Shown here in pieces: positions 19,562-29,494 of a stretch of 64,000 bases of DNA. The position numbers were made by a program, and so were the translations under genes. The notes beneath the pieces were generated by a model. That model ran no database searches. It saw nothing but the letters and a program-made list of their open reading frames with translations, and was not told where the DNA came from. Numbering within the stretch: position 1 is the stretch's first letter; each line of letters starts with the position of its first letter. The stretch lies in the NCBI GenBank assembly GCA_963751455.1, contig CAVVUN010000002.1:320001-384000 (forward strand). The letters run 5' to 3'. The DNA comes from Nitrospirota bacterium (lineage in GTDB: Bacteria > Nitrospirota > UBA9217).

Positions 19562-20335
19562 CTAATCCTTTTTACTTAAAAACTTCTGAAAAGCGGTGAC
19601 AAGATCGATTGGCAACGGGAACACTATCGTGGTGTTCTTTTCCGTTCCTATCTCGCCCAAGGTCTGCAAATACCGGAGTTGAAGCGCAGTCGGGTTCCTG
19701 CTGATAACATCTGCCGCTTCGGACAGCTTCGCTGATGCCTGGAGTTCCCCTTCGGCGTGGATGATCTTTGCCCTGCGTTCACGTTCCGCCTGCGCCTGGA
19801 TCGCGATTGCGCGCTGCATCTCGGCCGGCAGATCCACGTTTCTTACTTCCACCGTGGTAACCTTTACACCCCACGGTTCGGTTTGCTCATCGATCACTTT
19901 TTGCAGTTCGGCGTTGATCGCCTCACGGTTCGACAGGAGATCGTCGAACTGGTTCTGGCCGAGGATGCTCCTGAGCGTTGTCTGGGAAATCAGCGATGTT
20001 GCATAATAGAAATCTTCCACTTCGACAATGGCCTTTCGCGGGTCCATGACCCTGAAATAGACTACGGCGTTCACTTTAACGGTAACGTTGTCCTTGGTGA
20101 TAACGTCCTGGCTCGGCACGTCCATGGTTACGGTTCGAAGGCTCACCCGCACCATTTTTTGTATGCCGGGAATCAGGATGATCATGCCGGGACCTTTTAC
20201 CCCTCCTTCAGCCGGGACTCTGCCGAGGGTGAAGATAACACCCCGCTCATATTGCTTCAATATCTTGACGGTATTGACGATAAACCAGGCGACAATAACG
20301 ACCGCAACAATTAAACCAAGAAATACTGGATGCAT
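19562..20335 (-). CDS. SPFH/slipin (stomatin-like) protein
   Basis: [35 protein letters not shown]. Confidence 0.92.
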   Translation of the reverse strand: MHPVFLGLIVAVVIVAWFIVNTVKILKQYERGVIFTLGRVPAEGGVKGPGMIILIPGIQKMVRVSLRTVTMDVPSQDVITKDNVTVKVNAVVYFRVMDPRKAIVEVEDFYYATSLISQTTLRSILGQNQFDDLLSNREAINAELQKVIDEQTEPWGVKVTTVEVRNVDLPAEMQRAIAIQAQAERERRAKIIHAEGELQASAKLSEAADVISRNPTALQLRYLQTLGEIGTEKNTTIVFPLPIDLVTAFQKFLSKKD

Positions 20336-20354
20336 AGCTGAACCTCCTTTTGGT

Positions 20355-20495
20355 AAGCTCCAAATAACAAATAAATTCAAAGCAACAAGAATCAAATTCC
20401 CAAACGGCTTCAGCGAATTCAGTCGCTCGTTTTGGTCATTCGATTTTGGGATTTGGAAATTATTTAGGATTTGTTATTTGTAACTTGTAATTTTT
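20355..20495. repeat. AT-rich heptamer inverted-arm element
   Basis: CAAATAACAAATAAATT..CAAATTCCCAAAC versus TTTGGGATTTGG..GATTTGTTATTTG. Confidence 0.65.
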
Positions 20496-20497
20496 AT

Positions 20498-21853
20498 TCA
20501 TCTCGTTTTCTTTACCTTCAGTCTCAGGCCTTGAATGGCCTCTACCTTCACTCTTTCTCCCTTTTTGACAGGCTCCTCGCTCCAGGCACTCCATGTTTCG
20601 CCGTGGACCAGTACCTGTCCTCGCTCGTGGATATCCGTCCTTGCTTCACCCTCGAGCCCGAGCATTCCTTCCATGCCGGTATCCGGTTTTTGTCTATGCA
20701 CCCGGACCGCGAGGGTCACGGTGATGATGAAGAAGAGCGCCGAAAGCGCGACAACAGGCAATATTACGGCCCAGGAGATCCTGAGTCCGGGTAACGGCGA
20801 ATCTATGAGCATCACCGAGCCGAAAACCATCGCAATTGCACCGCCGACGCCCAGAACTCCGTGGCTTGCAACGAACGCCTCGGTTATGAACAGGGCAATG
20901 GCAAGGATGATGAGCAGGAGGCCTGCGTAGTTGATCGGCAGCGTGTGCAGCGCGTAGAAGGCCAGGATCAGGCAGATAGCGCCCGCTACTCCGGGGAAAA
21001 TCGCTCCCGGGTTAGAAAGCTCGAAATAGAGTCCGTAAAAACCGAGGATCATGAGAATATAGGCGATATTGGGATTGCTGATAAGCTCCAGTAATTTATA
21101 CCGGAAACCCATCTCCATGCGCACCAGCGCCGCATTTGATGTATCAATTGTTTTTTTCCCCATTACCAATTCTACGGTTTTCCCGTTTATCTTCTTAATG
21201 AGAGAAGGTATATCCCCAGCAACAAGGTCGATGACGTTTTCCTTGATCGCCTCGGTCTCCGTTATGGACACGCTTTTGCGGACTGCTGCCTCCGCCCACT
21301 TCGGATTTTTGCCCCGCCTTTCCGCTATGTTCCGCGCCATGGCCGCCAGATCGTTGACAACCTTGGATTCCATAGTCTTGTCCATTTTGCCCTGCATGGT
21401 AACCGGATGGGCTGCGCCGATATGCGTGCCCGGCGCCATAGCGGCGATGTGGCCCGCCATGGTGATGAATACTCCGGCTGAAGCCGCCCGGGCCCCTGAG
21501 GGGGACACGTAAACAACGATCGGCACTTCAGCAGCCATCATCTTTTTGACAATTTCCCTGGTTGAGTCCACGAGCCCGCCGGGCGTATCAAGCTGAATAA
21601 TAATAGCCTGTGCATTGTTCTTTGCAGCCTTATCAATCGATTTAATGATGTATTCCGAAACCACCGGTGTAATCGGGGCATCTATGGTTATGAGGTAAAT
21701 TGTTTTTTCAGGAGACGGAGGTTTCGCAGCCTGTTTTTTGTCAGTCGGTGCAGGTGTAACGGCGGAGACGGGCGCGTCATAGCAAAGTGCGGGAAAGGAC
21801 AACAACAAGACCAGAAGCAATGCCGGCAGCAACAAAATCGATTTTATTGTCAT
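20498..21853 (-). CDS. NfeD membrane-bound serine protease
   Basis: LDTPGG, RAASAG, GAAHPV, TM region and C-terminal OB fold; paired with SPFH gene. Confidence 0.92.
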   Translation of the reverse strand: MTIKSILLLPALLLVLLLSFPALCYDAPVSAVTPAPTDKKQAAKPPSPEKTIYLITIDAPITPVVSEYIIKSIDKAAKNNAQAIIIQLDTPGGLVDSTREIVKKMMAAEVPIVVYVSPSGARAASAGVFITMAGHIAAMAPGTHIGAAHPVTMQGKMDKTMESKVVNDLAAMARNIAERRGKNPKWAEAAVRKSVSITETEAIKENVIDLVAGDIPSLIKKINGKTVELVMGKKTIDTSNAALVRMEMGFRYKLLELISNPNIAYILMILGFYGLYFELSNPGAIFPGVAGAICLILAFYALHTLPINYAGLLLIILAIALFITEAFVASHGVLGVGGAIAMVFGSVMLIDSPLPGLRISWAVILPVVALSALFFIITVTLAVRVHRQKPDTGMEGMLGLEGEARTDIHERGQVLVHGETWSAWSEEPVKKGERVKVEAIQGLRLKVKKTR

Positions 21854-21944
21854 TACTATCTCCCTCCGAAAAGTATATACGCAATGCAATTAAGTGTCAA
21901 GAAGGGCTTGACTTAAAAGGGTTTTTTCTGTAGCATCAAAAAAG

Positions 21945-22490
21945 ATGAGAGTCACCGGAGGTACAGGCAAAGGCAGGACACTGAAAGTGCCGGCCGGATC
22001 GCGGGTAAGACCGACATCCGATAAAGTAAAACAGGCCCTGTTCAATATTCTCGGTGAAAAGGTACTGAACGCGGTATTTCTCGACATCTATGCGGGCACC
22101 GGAGGCATAGGTATCGAGGCTCTCAGCAGGGGGGCCGCACGGGTTGTATTCATTGACGATTCGCGAGTCTCTTTGGATACGGTCCGGAAGAATCTGGAAC
22201 AGACCGGATTCGTTGATCGGGCACAGGTAGTCCCGTCGAAGGCCGAGACGTTTATCAGGAAAACATCGGAGCAATTTGATGTCGTTTTTCTCGATCCGCC
22301 CTATACCGTTGAGCAACTGCCCTTGCTGAATAGTGTGAGCGAATCGAAAATTTTGAAGCATGATTCAGTTGTGATTTTCGAACATTTCAAAAAACAAAAA
22401 TCGCCGGATGGTGCCGGCAAACTGTCGCTCTACCGTGAAGCGCACTATGGGGATACTGTGTTGGCGTTTTATAAAATCAGGAGTGAGTAA
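21945..22490 (+). CDS. rsmD: 16S rRNA m2G966 methyltransferase
   Basis: RPTSDKVK.ALFN, YAGTG.IGIEALSRGA, DPPY. Confidence 0.93.
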   Translation: MRVTGGTGKGRTLKVPAGSRVRPTSDKVKQALFNILGEKVLNAVFLDIYAGTGGIGIEALSRGAARVVFIDDSRVSLDTVRKNLEQTGFVDRAQVVPSKAETFIRKTSEQFDVVFLDPPYTVEQLPLLNSVSESKILKHDSVVIFEHFKKQKSPDGAGKLSLYREAHYGDTVLAFYKIRSE

Positions 22491-22567
22491 CCGAAAGTCC
22501 GGGAGAGGATGGTCCGCTGTCTTCGTCCTTCGAAGTTCGGTTTTCGCCCCTTCATAGAGGAGCTTTC

Positions 22568-23050
22568 ATGAAACACATAGCTGTCTATCCCGGCACCTTC
22601 GATCCCGTGACCAACGGTCATTGCGACCTGCTCGAACGGACGCTGCGCATTTTTGACGAAGTTATCGTCGCGGTGGCCGAGAATCCTAAAAAAGCCCCGC
22701 TTTTCTCGCTCGAAGAAAGGATCTCCATGTTTAAGGCGGTTACGGCTGATTACGAAGAAGTCGTGATCGAGGGTTTCGATGGTCTATTGGTTGAATATGT
22801 CCGGAAAAGGCATGCTGTTGCAATCGTGCGCGGACTCCGGGCGGTTTCCGACTTCGAATATGAGATGCAAATGGCGCTTATGAACCGGCGGCTCGACAAC
22901 GATATAGAGACCGTATTCATGATGCCGAACCAGGAATACTCGTTCATCACATCGACGATAGTGAAGGAGGCCGCAAGCTACGGCGGTGACATCTCAAGCC
23001 TTGTTCCTCCGTTTGTGGTCGGGAAACTGAAACAGAAGTATGGCAGGTAG
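22568..23050 (+). CDS. coaD: Pantetheine-phosphate adenylyltransferase
   Basis: YPGTFDPVTNGH, RGLRAVSDFEYE. Confidence 0.96.
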   Translation: MKHIAVYPGTFDPVTNGHCDLLERTLRIFDEVIVAVAENPKKAPLFSLEERISMFKAVTADYEEVVIEGFDGLLVEYVRKRHAVAIVRGLRAVSDFEYEMQMALMNRRLDNDIETVFMMPNQEYSFITSTIVKEAASYGGDISSLVPPFVVGKLKQKYGR

Positions 23051-23122
23051 GAAATACTCATTCACGGAGAAAATCGCTTTTCCCCTTCAGAATAAACCGC
23101 GCTATCTTGCTTTCCAATACCG

Positions 23123-23938
23123 TCACTTTTGTCTCTGCCTCATCACTTCATAAAGAATCACCGCTGCGGCGGTTGCCACGTTGAGAGAATCGATTGTTTT
23201 AGCCATCGGGATGCGAATCCGGAAGTCGATGTCCGCAACGATATCCCGCTCAAGACCCGCTCCTTCCTGTCCCAAAATAAGCAGAGTCGGCCCGGTGAGG
23301 TCGACATCGAAATGCGTCTTTTCTCCAGTCAAGACGGTTGCGATAGCCTGGAACCCCTTTTCTTTGCATTTCCTCACAAATTCCGTCAGATTCTCTGTAT
23401 GCACTATCGGCACACGAAGAATGCTTCCCATGGATGCGCGAATTGCTTTCGAATTGAAAGGATCCACAGTATTCGGAGTGAGGGCCACCCCGGACGCACC
23501 GACTGCTTCGGCTGTTCTGATTATGGTGCCCAGATTGCCGGGGTCTTGCAGGTGATGCGCCATCACGATCAGGCCGGCATCGTTTGCAAGCAGACCTTGC
23601 TCGGAATGCTCTTTGATGTGGACAACCGCCATTAAAGGCTGTGGAGTTTTGCTTTCGGATAGAAAGTCCATTAATCGTTCCGAAATCCAGACTATGTTCA
23701 CAGCCCTGTTCTCTGCAAGTTTCAGCACTCCCTTGCCGTGATGCTGAGTCAGTGACGGAGCAGCGGCCAGCATTGTGACGCCAAGGTTGTCCCTGACGGC
23801 CTCTTCAACCATCTTGACGCCTTCGATCAAGAAAGCCTTCTCTTTTTTCCGGTATTTAGCTTCGGACAGGGAACGGAGATATTTTACGGTAGCGTTGTCT
23901 TTGCTGGTGATGGGATTGTGCGGACTTGTTTGCTGCAT
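23123..23938 (-). CDS. TrmH/SpoU family RNA methyltransferase
   Basis: QDPGNLGTIIRTA, GQEGAGL, IPM..DSLNVA. Confidence 0.92.
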   Translation of the reverse strand: MQQTSPHNPITSKDNATVKYLRSLSEAKYRKKEKAFLIEGVKMVEEAVRDNLGVTMLAAAPSLTQHHGKGVLKLAENRAVNIVWISERLMDFLSESKTPQPLMAVVHIKEHSEQGLLANDAGLIVMAHHLQDPGNLGTIIRTAEAVGASGVALTPNTVDPFNSKAIRASMGSILRVPIVHTENLTEFVRKCKEKGFQAIATVLTGEKTHFDVDLTGPTLLILGQEGAGLERDIVADIDFRIRIPMAKTIDSLNVATAAAVILYEVMRQRQK

Positions 23939-24019
23939 AAAAGCGAGTATAAGGCGAGAATAAAATTATGTCAACCGCAGACGTTTGAATAAGCTTAGAG
24001 CCGTCCCACATGGTTTACT

Positions 24020-24292
24020 TTATATATTTCTCTTCCGGGGTCTGGCTTCATATTCGCGTTCCAGTTCTTCCCATTTCTTCAGCGATTCATAGCTGTTTTC
24101 CCATGATTCATAATCATCCTTTAAATCAGGAGGAACAGTAAGTTTTCCGGTTTTCAGTTCCGCAATAAAGGTGTCCGTGGTCTTTCCGTGTTTTCGCTCA
24201 AAAATTCCGAGTGTTTTCTTTATTCTCTTAATGGTGTTTTCGCAAATGTTCATCTCCCCTGAACCCAGCAGTTCGAATTCATCGTTATGCAT
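24020..24292 (-). CDS. Small hypothetical protein
   Basis: Charged 90-aa ORF after AAGGGG RBS; FERKHG.TT..F..DDYESW. Confidence 0.55.
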   Translation of the reverse strand: MHNDEFELLGSGEMNICENTIKRIKKTLGIFERKHGKTTDTFIAELKTGKLTVPPDLKDDYESWENSYESLKKWEELEREYEARPRKRNI

Positions 24293-24362
24293 CGCGGACG
24301 CCCCTTTCTTCTTACAACCTTTTGTTATTATAGCAGGATTCGAGAAAAAGCGAAAACACAAT

Positions 24363-24387
24363 ATTCTTGACAAAATTGGTCAAGTTT
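24363..24387 (+). promoter_or_regulatory. IscR type-1-like operator overlapping a -35 TTGACA
   Basis: ATTCTTGAC-AAAATTG-GTCAAGTTT palindrome upstream of the rrf2-iscS-iscU genes. Confidence 0.7.
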
Positions 24388-24471
24388 GATATTGTGGTCC
24401 TAATCGATGATGAGGATAGATTAAGTCCTGTTTACCGTCGTTAATAAGTACCGGTCTATTATCCGGCGAGT

Positions 24472-24936
24472 ATGAAACTATCAACTAAAGGAAAATACGG
24501 TGTACGCGCGGTATTCGAGATCGCCCGGCACTATGGAAAAGGACCTATCACGATCAAGGAGATCGCTGAAAGGCAGGGCATTTCCTTTTCCTACCTGGAG
24601 CAGATCCTGCATCGCCTGGGCAAGGCCGGGCTGATTGACAGTGTACGGGGCCCGTCCGGAGGGTACCTGCTGGCGAGGACCCCGACCAAACTGACGATCG
24701 GGGACATCGTCCGGGCGCTGGAAGGCCCGATCGCCCTGTCCCATTGTCTTGAGCCGGGTGATTCGGGCGATTGTAACCAGGCGGATGATTGCGTGGCGCG
24801 TATGGTATGGGCGAGAGTAGGGGCAAAGATCGAGGAGGCTCTCGACGGGATCAGCTTTAACGATTTGCTTCACCAACAGCAGGAAGGGCTGAAACCGAAG
24901 AAAAAGCTGCTAACCGCAGGGAAGGGAGGATGTTGA
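24472..24936 (+). CDS. iscR: Rrf2-family Fe-S regulator (IscR-like)
   Basis: MKLSTKGKYG, YLEQI, RGPSGGY, three Cys. Confidence 0.85.
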   Translation: MKLSTKGKYGVRAVFEIARHYGKGPITIKEIAERQGISFSYLEQILHRLGKAGLIDSVRGPSGGYLLARTPTKLTIGDIVRALEGPIALSHCLEPGDSGDCNQADDCVARMVWARVGAKIEEALDGISFNDLLHQQQEGLKPKKKLLTAGKGGC

Positions 24937-24937
24937 A

Positions 24938-26122
24938 ATGAGGAAAGTTTATCTTGATCATTCGGCCACAACGCCGGTCCACCCAAAGGTGCTTGAAGCG
25001 ATGTTGCCCTATTTCTCGGTCAAATTCGGCAATCCCTCAAACCTGCATGACGTCGGAAGGGAAGCGAAGAACGCAATCGAGGAAGCCCGCGCTAAAACGG
25101 CTGCGCTCATCGGTTCGAGTCCTGACGAGATCTTTTTTACATCGAGCGGCGCAGAGTCGAACAATTTCGCGATTAAAGGTCTGGTCCAGGCAAACAGCCA
25201 AAAGGGCAATCATATTATTGTTTCTCAGATCGAACATTTTTCAGTCCTTCATCCAGCTAAGACGCTCGAAAAAACAGGCTTCAAAGTAACCTATATAGAG
25301 ACTGACAAGACCGGTCTGATTGATCCAGGCGATGTAGCGAAGGCAGTTACAAAGGAGACAATTCTTGTTTCCATAATGCATGCCAACAACGAAATCGGGA
25401 CGATAGAGCCGATCGAGGATATCGCTAAAATTACAAAGGAGAGAGGTGTACTCTTCCATACAGATGCCGTTGCGTCCGTGGGATGGGTTCCGGTGGACGT
25501 GAAAAAACTCGGTGTGGACGCTCTTTCACTCGCCGGCCATCAGTTTTATGGTCCGAAAGGATCGGCGGCCCTGTACGTGCGCAAAGGGGTAAGAATCAAA
25601 CCGCAGCTCGAGGGCGGAATCCAGGAAGACGGCAGACGAGCGGGCACGGAGAATGTTCCTGCGATCGTGGGTCTGGGCCGGGCCGCCGAACTGGCTGCCG
25701 CCGAAGTCGGGCATCGTGTAACGTATCTCGCATCTCTTCGGGATCGTCTTCAGACCGGTCTTGCGGCCAAGATAGAGCAGATGATCGTGAACGGGCATCC
25801 GACACGCAGGCTGCCCCATAATTTGAACGTCTCAATGTGGTATGTTGAGGGAGAATCGATGCTCCTGTTCCTGAACATGGCCGGAGTATCGGTCTCGAGC
25901 GGTTCTGCCTGTACGTCCCGGGCACTGAAGGCTTCGCACGTTCTGGTTTGTATTGGAACGGATGCTGCCGTGGCGAACGGAACGCTGCTGATGACGCTCG
26001 GCATGGGCAATACAGCGGAAGATATCGACTATGTGATAGAGAAGCTGCCTCCTATCGTGCAACGACTTCGGGAGATGTCGCCTCTCTATGAGGACATGAT
26101 GAAAAAAGAAAAAGCTCGATGA
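24938..26122 (+). CDS. iscS: Cysteine desulfurase (IscS/NifS)
   Basis: YLDHSATTP, HTDAV, SSGSACTS; GHQFYGPKG at the PLP-lysine motif. Confidence 0.9.
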   Translation: MRKVYLDHSATTPVHPKVLEAMLPYFSVKFGNPSNLHDVGREAKNAIEEARAKTAALIGSSPDEIFFTSSGAESNNFAIKGLVQANSQKGNHIIVSQIEHFSVLHPAKTLEKTGFKVTYIETDKTGLIDPGDVAKAVTKETILVSIMHANNEIGTIEPIEDIAKITKERGVLFHTDAVASVGWVPVDVKKLGVDALSLAGHQFYGPKGSAALYVRKGVRIKPQLEGGIQEDGRRAGTENVPAIVGLGRAAELAAAEVGHRVTYLASLRDRLQTGLAAKIEQMIVNGHPTRRLPHNLNVSMWYVEGESMLLFLNMAGVSVSSGSACTSRALKASHVLVCIGTDAAVANGTLLMTLGMGNTAEDIDYVIEKLPPIVQRLREMSPLYEDMMKKEKAR

Positions 26123-26132
26123 GGAGGATTAT

Positions 26133-26561
26133 ATGGAACAGTACAGTTCGAAGGTGATGGAGCATTTTGCGCAACCCCATAACGTCGGTGAAATTCCTGA
26201 TGCGGACGGTGTGGGCACTGTAGGGAATCCCGTGTGCGGCGACGTCATGCGGCTCTACATAAAGGTCGAAGGCAATGTGATAACGGATGCAAAGTTCAAA
26301 ACGTTCGGCTGCGGCGCAGCGATCGCGACGAGCAGCATGGTCACGGACCTGGTTAAGGGCAAGAGCATCGAAGAAGCGCTCAAGATTTCCAATGCAGCAG
26401 TCGCGGAAGCATTGGGAGGACTGCCCAAGGTAAAGATGCACTGCTCGGTTCTGGCAGAAGAGGCGCTCAAGTCCGCGCTCAACGATTATTATAAGAAAAA
26501 AGGGATTGCTTCGCCGGTAAAAATGCCTGCTGAATCAGGACATGAACACGACATGGAATAA
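26133..26561 (+). CDS. iscU: Fe-S scaffold IscU/NifU-N
   Basis: GNPVCGD, FGCGAAIA, LPKVKMHCS. Confidence 0.93.
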   Translation: MEQYSSKVMEHFAQPHNVGEIPDADGVGTVGNPVCGDVMRLYIKVEGNVITDAKFKTFGCGAAIATSSMVTDLVKGKSIEEALKISNAAVAEALGGLPKVKMHCSVLAEEALKSALNDYYKKKGIASPVKMPAESGHEHDME

Positions 26562-26608
26562 TCGAATGCGGATTCTGACAACGGGAATCTGCTTCAGGGG
26601 AAGGTTTT

Positions 26609-26851
26609 ATGGACAGTAATGAAATTAAACCGGACGAAATACTGGACTGCGTCGGGATAGCATGCCCCCTGCCGATTTTCAAGACCTCCACCAGGATAAA
26701 GGATATGAAGCCGGGACAGGTACTTGAAATTCAATCCGATGACGACGGCATCCAAAAAGACATGCCTGCCTGGTGCAAACTCACCGGACACGAATTCGTC
26801 GGCATTATCAAGAAGAACAATGAGTATCGTGTGTATGTTCGTAAGAAGTAG
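26609..26851 (+). CDS. tusA: TusA family sulfur carrier
   Basis: LDCVGIACPLP..DMPAWC..GH. Confidence 0.85.
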   Translation: MDSNEIKPDEILDCVGIACPLPIFKTSTRIKDMKPGQVLEIQSDDDGIQKDMPAWCKLTGHEFVGIIKKNNEYRVYVRKK

Positions 26852-27054
26852 ACCAGTTTAGATTGTCCATGTCTCCCCGGCCCTATTTCGCTGTGATATA
26901 CTTCTTACAGAAGAAAACGAGCGTCCGGTCTGCGACATGCCGGCGGATCAGTTGGAAACGCATTTCGAAAGCAGCAAATCAAAACTATCAACCTTCGTTC
27001 GGATCACTAATTCAACAATGTAAAACAGAACGCTCGAGCCCTCATTAGTTCTTC

Positions 27055-28089
27055 ATGGATACTCGCTACTACACATACATGACGCTTCTCCTTGTCGCCA
27101 TCATGGTCGCGGTGCTCCTCGTTTTTCGCAGGATTCTGTTCGGAATACTAGGCCGAACGGGCCTGAAGGAAGGAGCCGGCGGCATTGTTGTGACTGCCTT
27201 GCAGGGGCCGTCGACCCTCCTGATTCTCGCTTTCGCGCTGTATCTGGTACTGCGCCTTTCCGACCTCCCGCAGGAGAAGGTTAATTATGCCGTAAGAGGC
27301 ATATATCTTTTTATTATCCTGACAGTAACCGCGGCCCTCGCCAACGTCAGTGGCCGCGCGCTTGCTTTTTTTCTAAAAAAAGTCGATCTCCCGATATCCG
27401 TTACCAGTCTTATTGATGCTGTAACAAAGGTGGCGGTTTACGCAGTCGGTATTCTGGTAATGCTTAACTTTGTAGGGGTTTCGATCACGCCGATCATCAC
27501 GGCGCTCGGCGTAGGCGGCCTGGCCATGGCGCTTGCGCTCCAGGACACGCTTTCGAACCTTTTCGCCGGAATCCATATTCTCGCTGAACATACGATCCGC
27601 ATAGGCGATTTTGTCCGTATTGAAAGCGAGCAGGAAGGCACAGTGGTTGATATTGGATGGCGTACAACGAGAATCCGTACACCTCAGAACAACATGGTAA
27701 TTGTACCGAACAGCAAGCTTTCGCAGAGCGTCGTGACGAATTATCATCTGCCCGAACACCGTGTTGCGATAGCGGTTCCGATCTCCGTCGGCTACGATAC
27801 CGATCCTGATCTTGTGGAGCGGGTGCTCAAAGAAGAGGCGGCAAAGGCCTCCGGAGAAATCGCGGGTCTCTTGAGAGAGCCGCCGCCGTCCGTATCCTTT
27901 GTTCCGGGTTTTGGCGCTTCTTCCCTTGATTTTACCCTTGTCTGCACTATCAGCAATTATCTGGAACAGCAGAGTGTGAGACATGAACTCCATAAACGCC
28001 TGTTCAAGCGATTCAAGCGCGAGAATATCACTATTCCTTTCCCTACACGGACGGTATATGTCAAAAACGCTGAATCGGAAAAACCGTAA
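27055..28089 (+). CDS. MscS small mechanosensitive channel
   Basis: GLAMALALQDTLSN, IGWRTTRI, IPFPTRTV. Confidence 0.92.
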   Translation: MDTRYYTYMTLLLVAIMVAVLLVFRRILFGILGRTGLKEGAGGIVVTALQGPSTLLILAFALYLVLRLSDLPQEKVNYAVRGIYLFIILTVTAALANVSGRALAFFLKKVDLPISVTSLIDAVTKVAVYAVGILVMLNFVGVSITPIITALGVGGLAMALALQDTLSNLFAGIHILAEHTIRIGDFVRIESEQEGTVVDIGWRTTRIRTPQNNMVIVPNSKLSQSVVTNYHLPEHRVAIAVPISVGYDTDPDLVERVLKEEAAKASGEIAGLLREPPPSVSFVPGFGASSLDFTLVCTISNYLEQQSVRHELHKRLFKRFKRENITIPFPTRTVYVKNAESEKP

Positions 28090-28171
28090 AAAGTGGACGT
28101 TCACTGCTTTCCGCTTTCCTGTTTGACAATGCAGAAACGATAGTTTATTATCTCGCAGTGAGAGGGATAGA

Positions 28172-29224
28172 ATGCAAACAATAGCTTCATTAAAAGAAGG
28201 CGACTGGGTAGAAGCGATCTACCTTGTCACATCAAAGCAGGTATCGACCGCAAAAAACGGCGTTACGTATCTATCGCTCAAGTTAGCCGATAAAACCGGT
28301 GAGATTGACGGCAAACTTTGGGACAATGCCGATGAGGCTGCCGGCAGATTCGAGCGTGAAGATTTCGTCAAGATCAAGGGTATTGCCGCTATTTACCAGG
28401 GTTCCATGCAGGTCAAAATGAAGACGATTGAAAAAATCGACGATGCCAAAGTCGATTTTGTAAATTTTATTCAGACCTCCACCCGAAATCTCGACGAAAT
28501 GGTACAAGAGCTCAAGACTGTGGCTTCGGGTATCTCAAACGTATACCTGAAACAGCTTCTCGAAGGTTTTCTGAACGACAACTCGTTCATGGAATCATTC
28601 AAGAGGACACCGGCCGCAAAAACGCTGCATCACAACTATATAGGCGGCCTGCTTGAACACGTGATCGAGTTGATCTCGCTGGCGCATGACGTCGCCCGGC
28701 ATTTCCCCTCCGTTGACAGGGATCTTGTGACAGCAGGAGCTTTCCTCCATGACATCGGAAAAACGCAGGAGCTCTCGGTCCGAAAATCCATCGAGTATAC
28801 CACCGAGGGCCGTCTGCTCGGCCACATATCCCTCGGGTATGAAATGATAACAGACAAGATCAAGGGAATTGCCGGCTTCCCGGCGGAACTCACGATGCTG
28901 CTCAAACACATCATGCTGTCGCATCACGGAGAATACGAATACGGTTCCCCGAAAAGGCCGAAGATCCAGGAGGCGATCATCATCAACTATCTGGACGACC
29001 TATCCGCAAAAATAAACAATTACCAGGCAACAATCAGGAAAGAGAACATTGCGGAAGGAGAGTGGACGAGCTTCAGCAAAATGCACGATCGCTATCTCTA
29101 CCGACAGTCGCAATGCGAGGGATCACCGTCAGTCCGCGAGCTCGAAGAGCGCTCTTCGGAGAAAAAAAAGGCGCCACTCAATACTGAGGCTGATTCTTCC
29201 GGCAAACTGCCGTTGGATATATAA
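28172..29224 (+). CDS. YhaM/Cbf1-like OB-fold + HD 3'-5' exoribonuclease
   Basis: LADKTGEIDGKLW, PAAKTLHH..GGLLEH, LHDIGK, SHHG..YGSP. Confidence 0.9.
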   Translation: MQTIASLKEGDWVEAIYLVTSKQVSTAKNGVTYLSLKLADKTGEIDGKLWDNADEAAGRFEREDFVKIKGIAAIYQGSMQVKMKTIEKIDDAKVDFVNFIQTSTRNLDEMVQELKTVASGISNVYLKQLLEGFLNDNSFMESFKRTPAAKTLHHNYIGGLLEHVIELISLAHDVARHFPSVDRDLVTAGAFLHDIGKTQELSVRKSIEYTTEGRLLGHISLGYEMITDKIKGIAGFPAELTMLLKHIMLSHHGEYEYGSPKRPKIQEAIIINYLDDLSAKINNYQATIRKENIAEGEWTSFSKMHDRYLYRQSQCEGSPSVRELEERSSEKKKAPLNTEADSSGKLPLDI

Positions 29225-29225
29225 T

Positions 29226-29490
29226 AAATGCAAGCGCACGAAATTCTAAGATCTAAATCCTAACCCGGACAAGCCGGAACCAAAACCGTTGAACCGCCAG
29301 GGCGCAATGGTCGCGAGGAAAGACTCAAACCAAATACTGGATTTTTAATATCAAAAACGTTTTCCGGTTTCCTCGCGTCCCTCGCGTCTTCGCGGTAAAT
29401 ATTTTCTTGCCTTTTTGAGAAGATTTTCACTCGTAACTGACTAAAGAGAGCCGGGGTTGGGCTTTAGTGTTTCGGATTCGGATATGGGGT
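29226..29490. mobile_element. Nested non-coding elements: heptamer arms > 177-bp insert flanked by CTAA > nonamer hairpin
   Basis: CTAA at 29260-29263 and 29441-29444; left end CCCGGACAAGCCGGAACC; inner arms 29292-29320 and 29369-29396. Confidence 0.55.
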
Positions 29491-29494
29491 AAAT

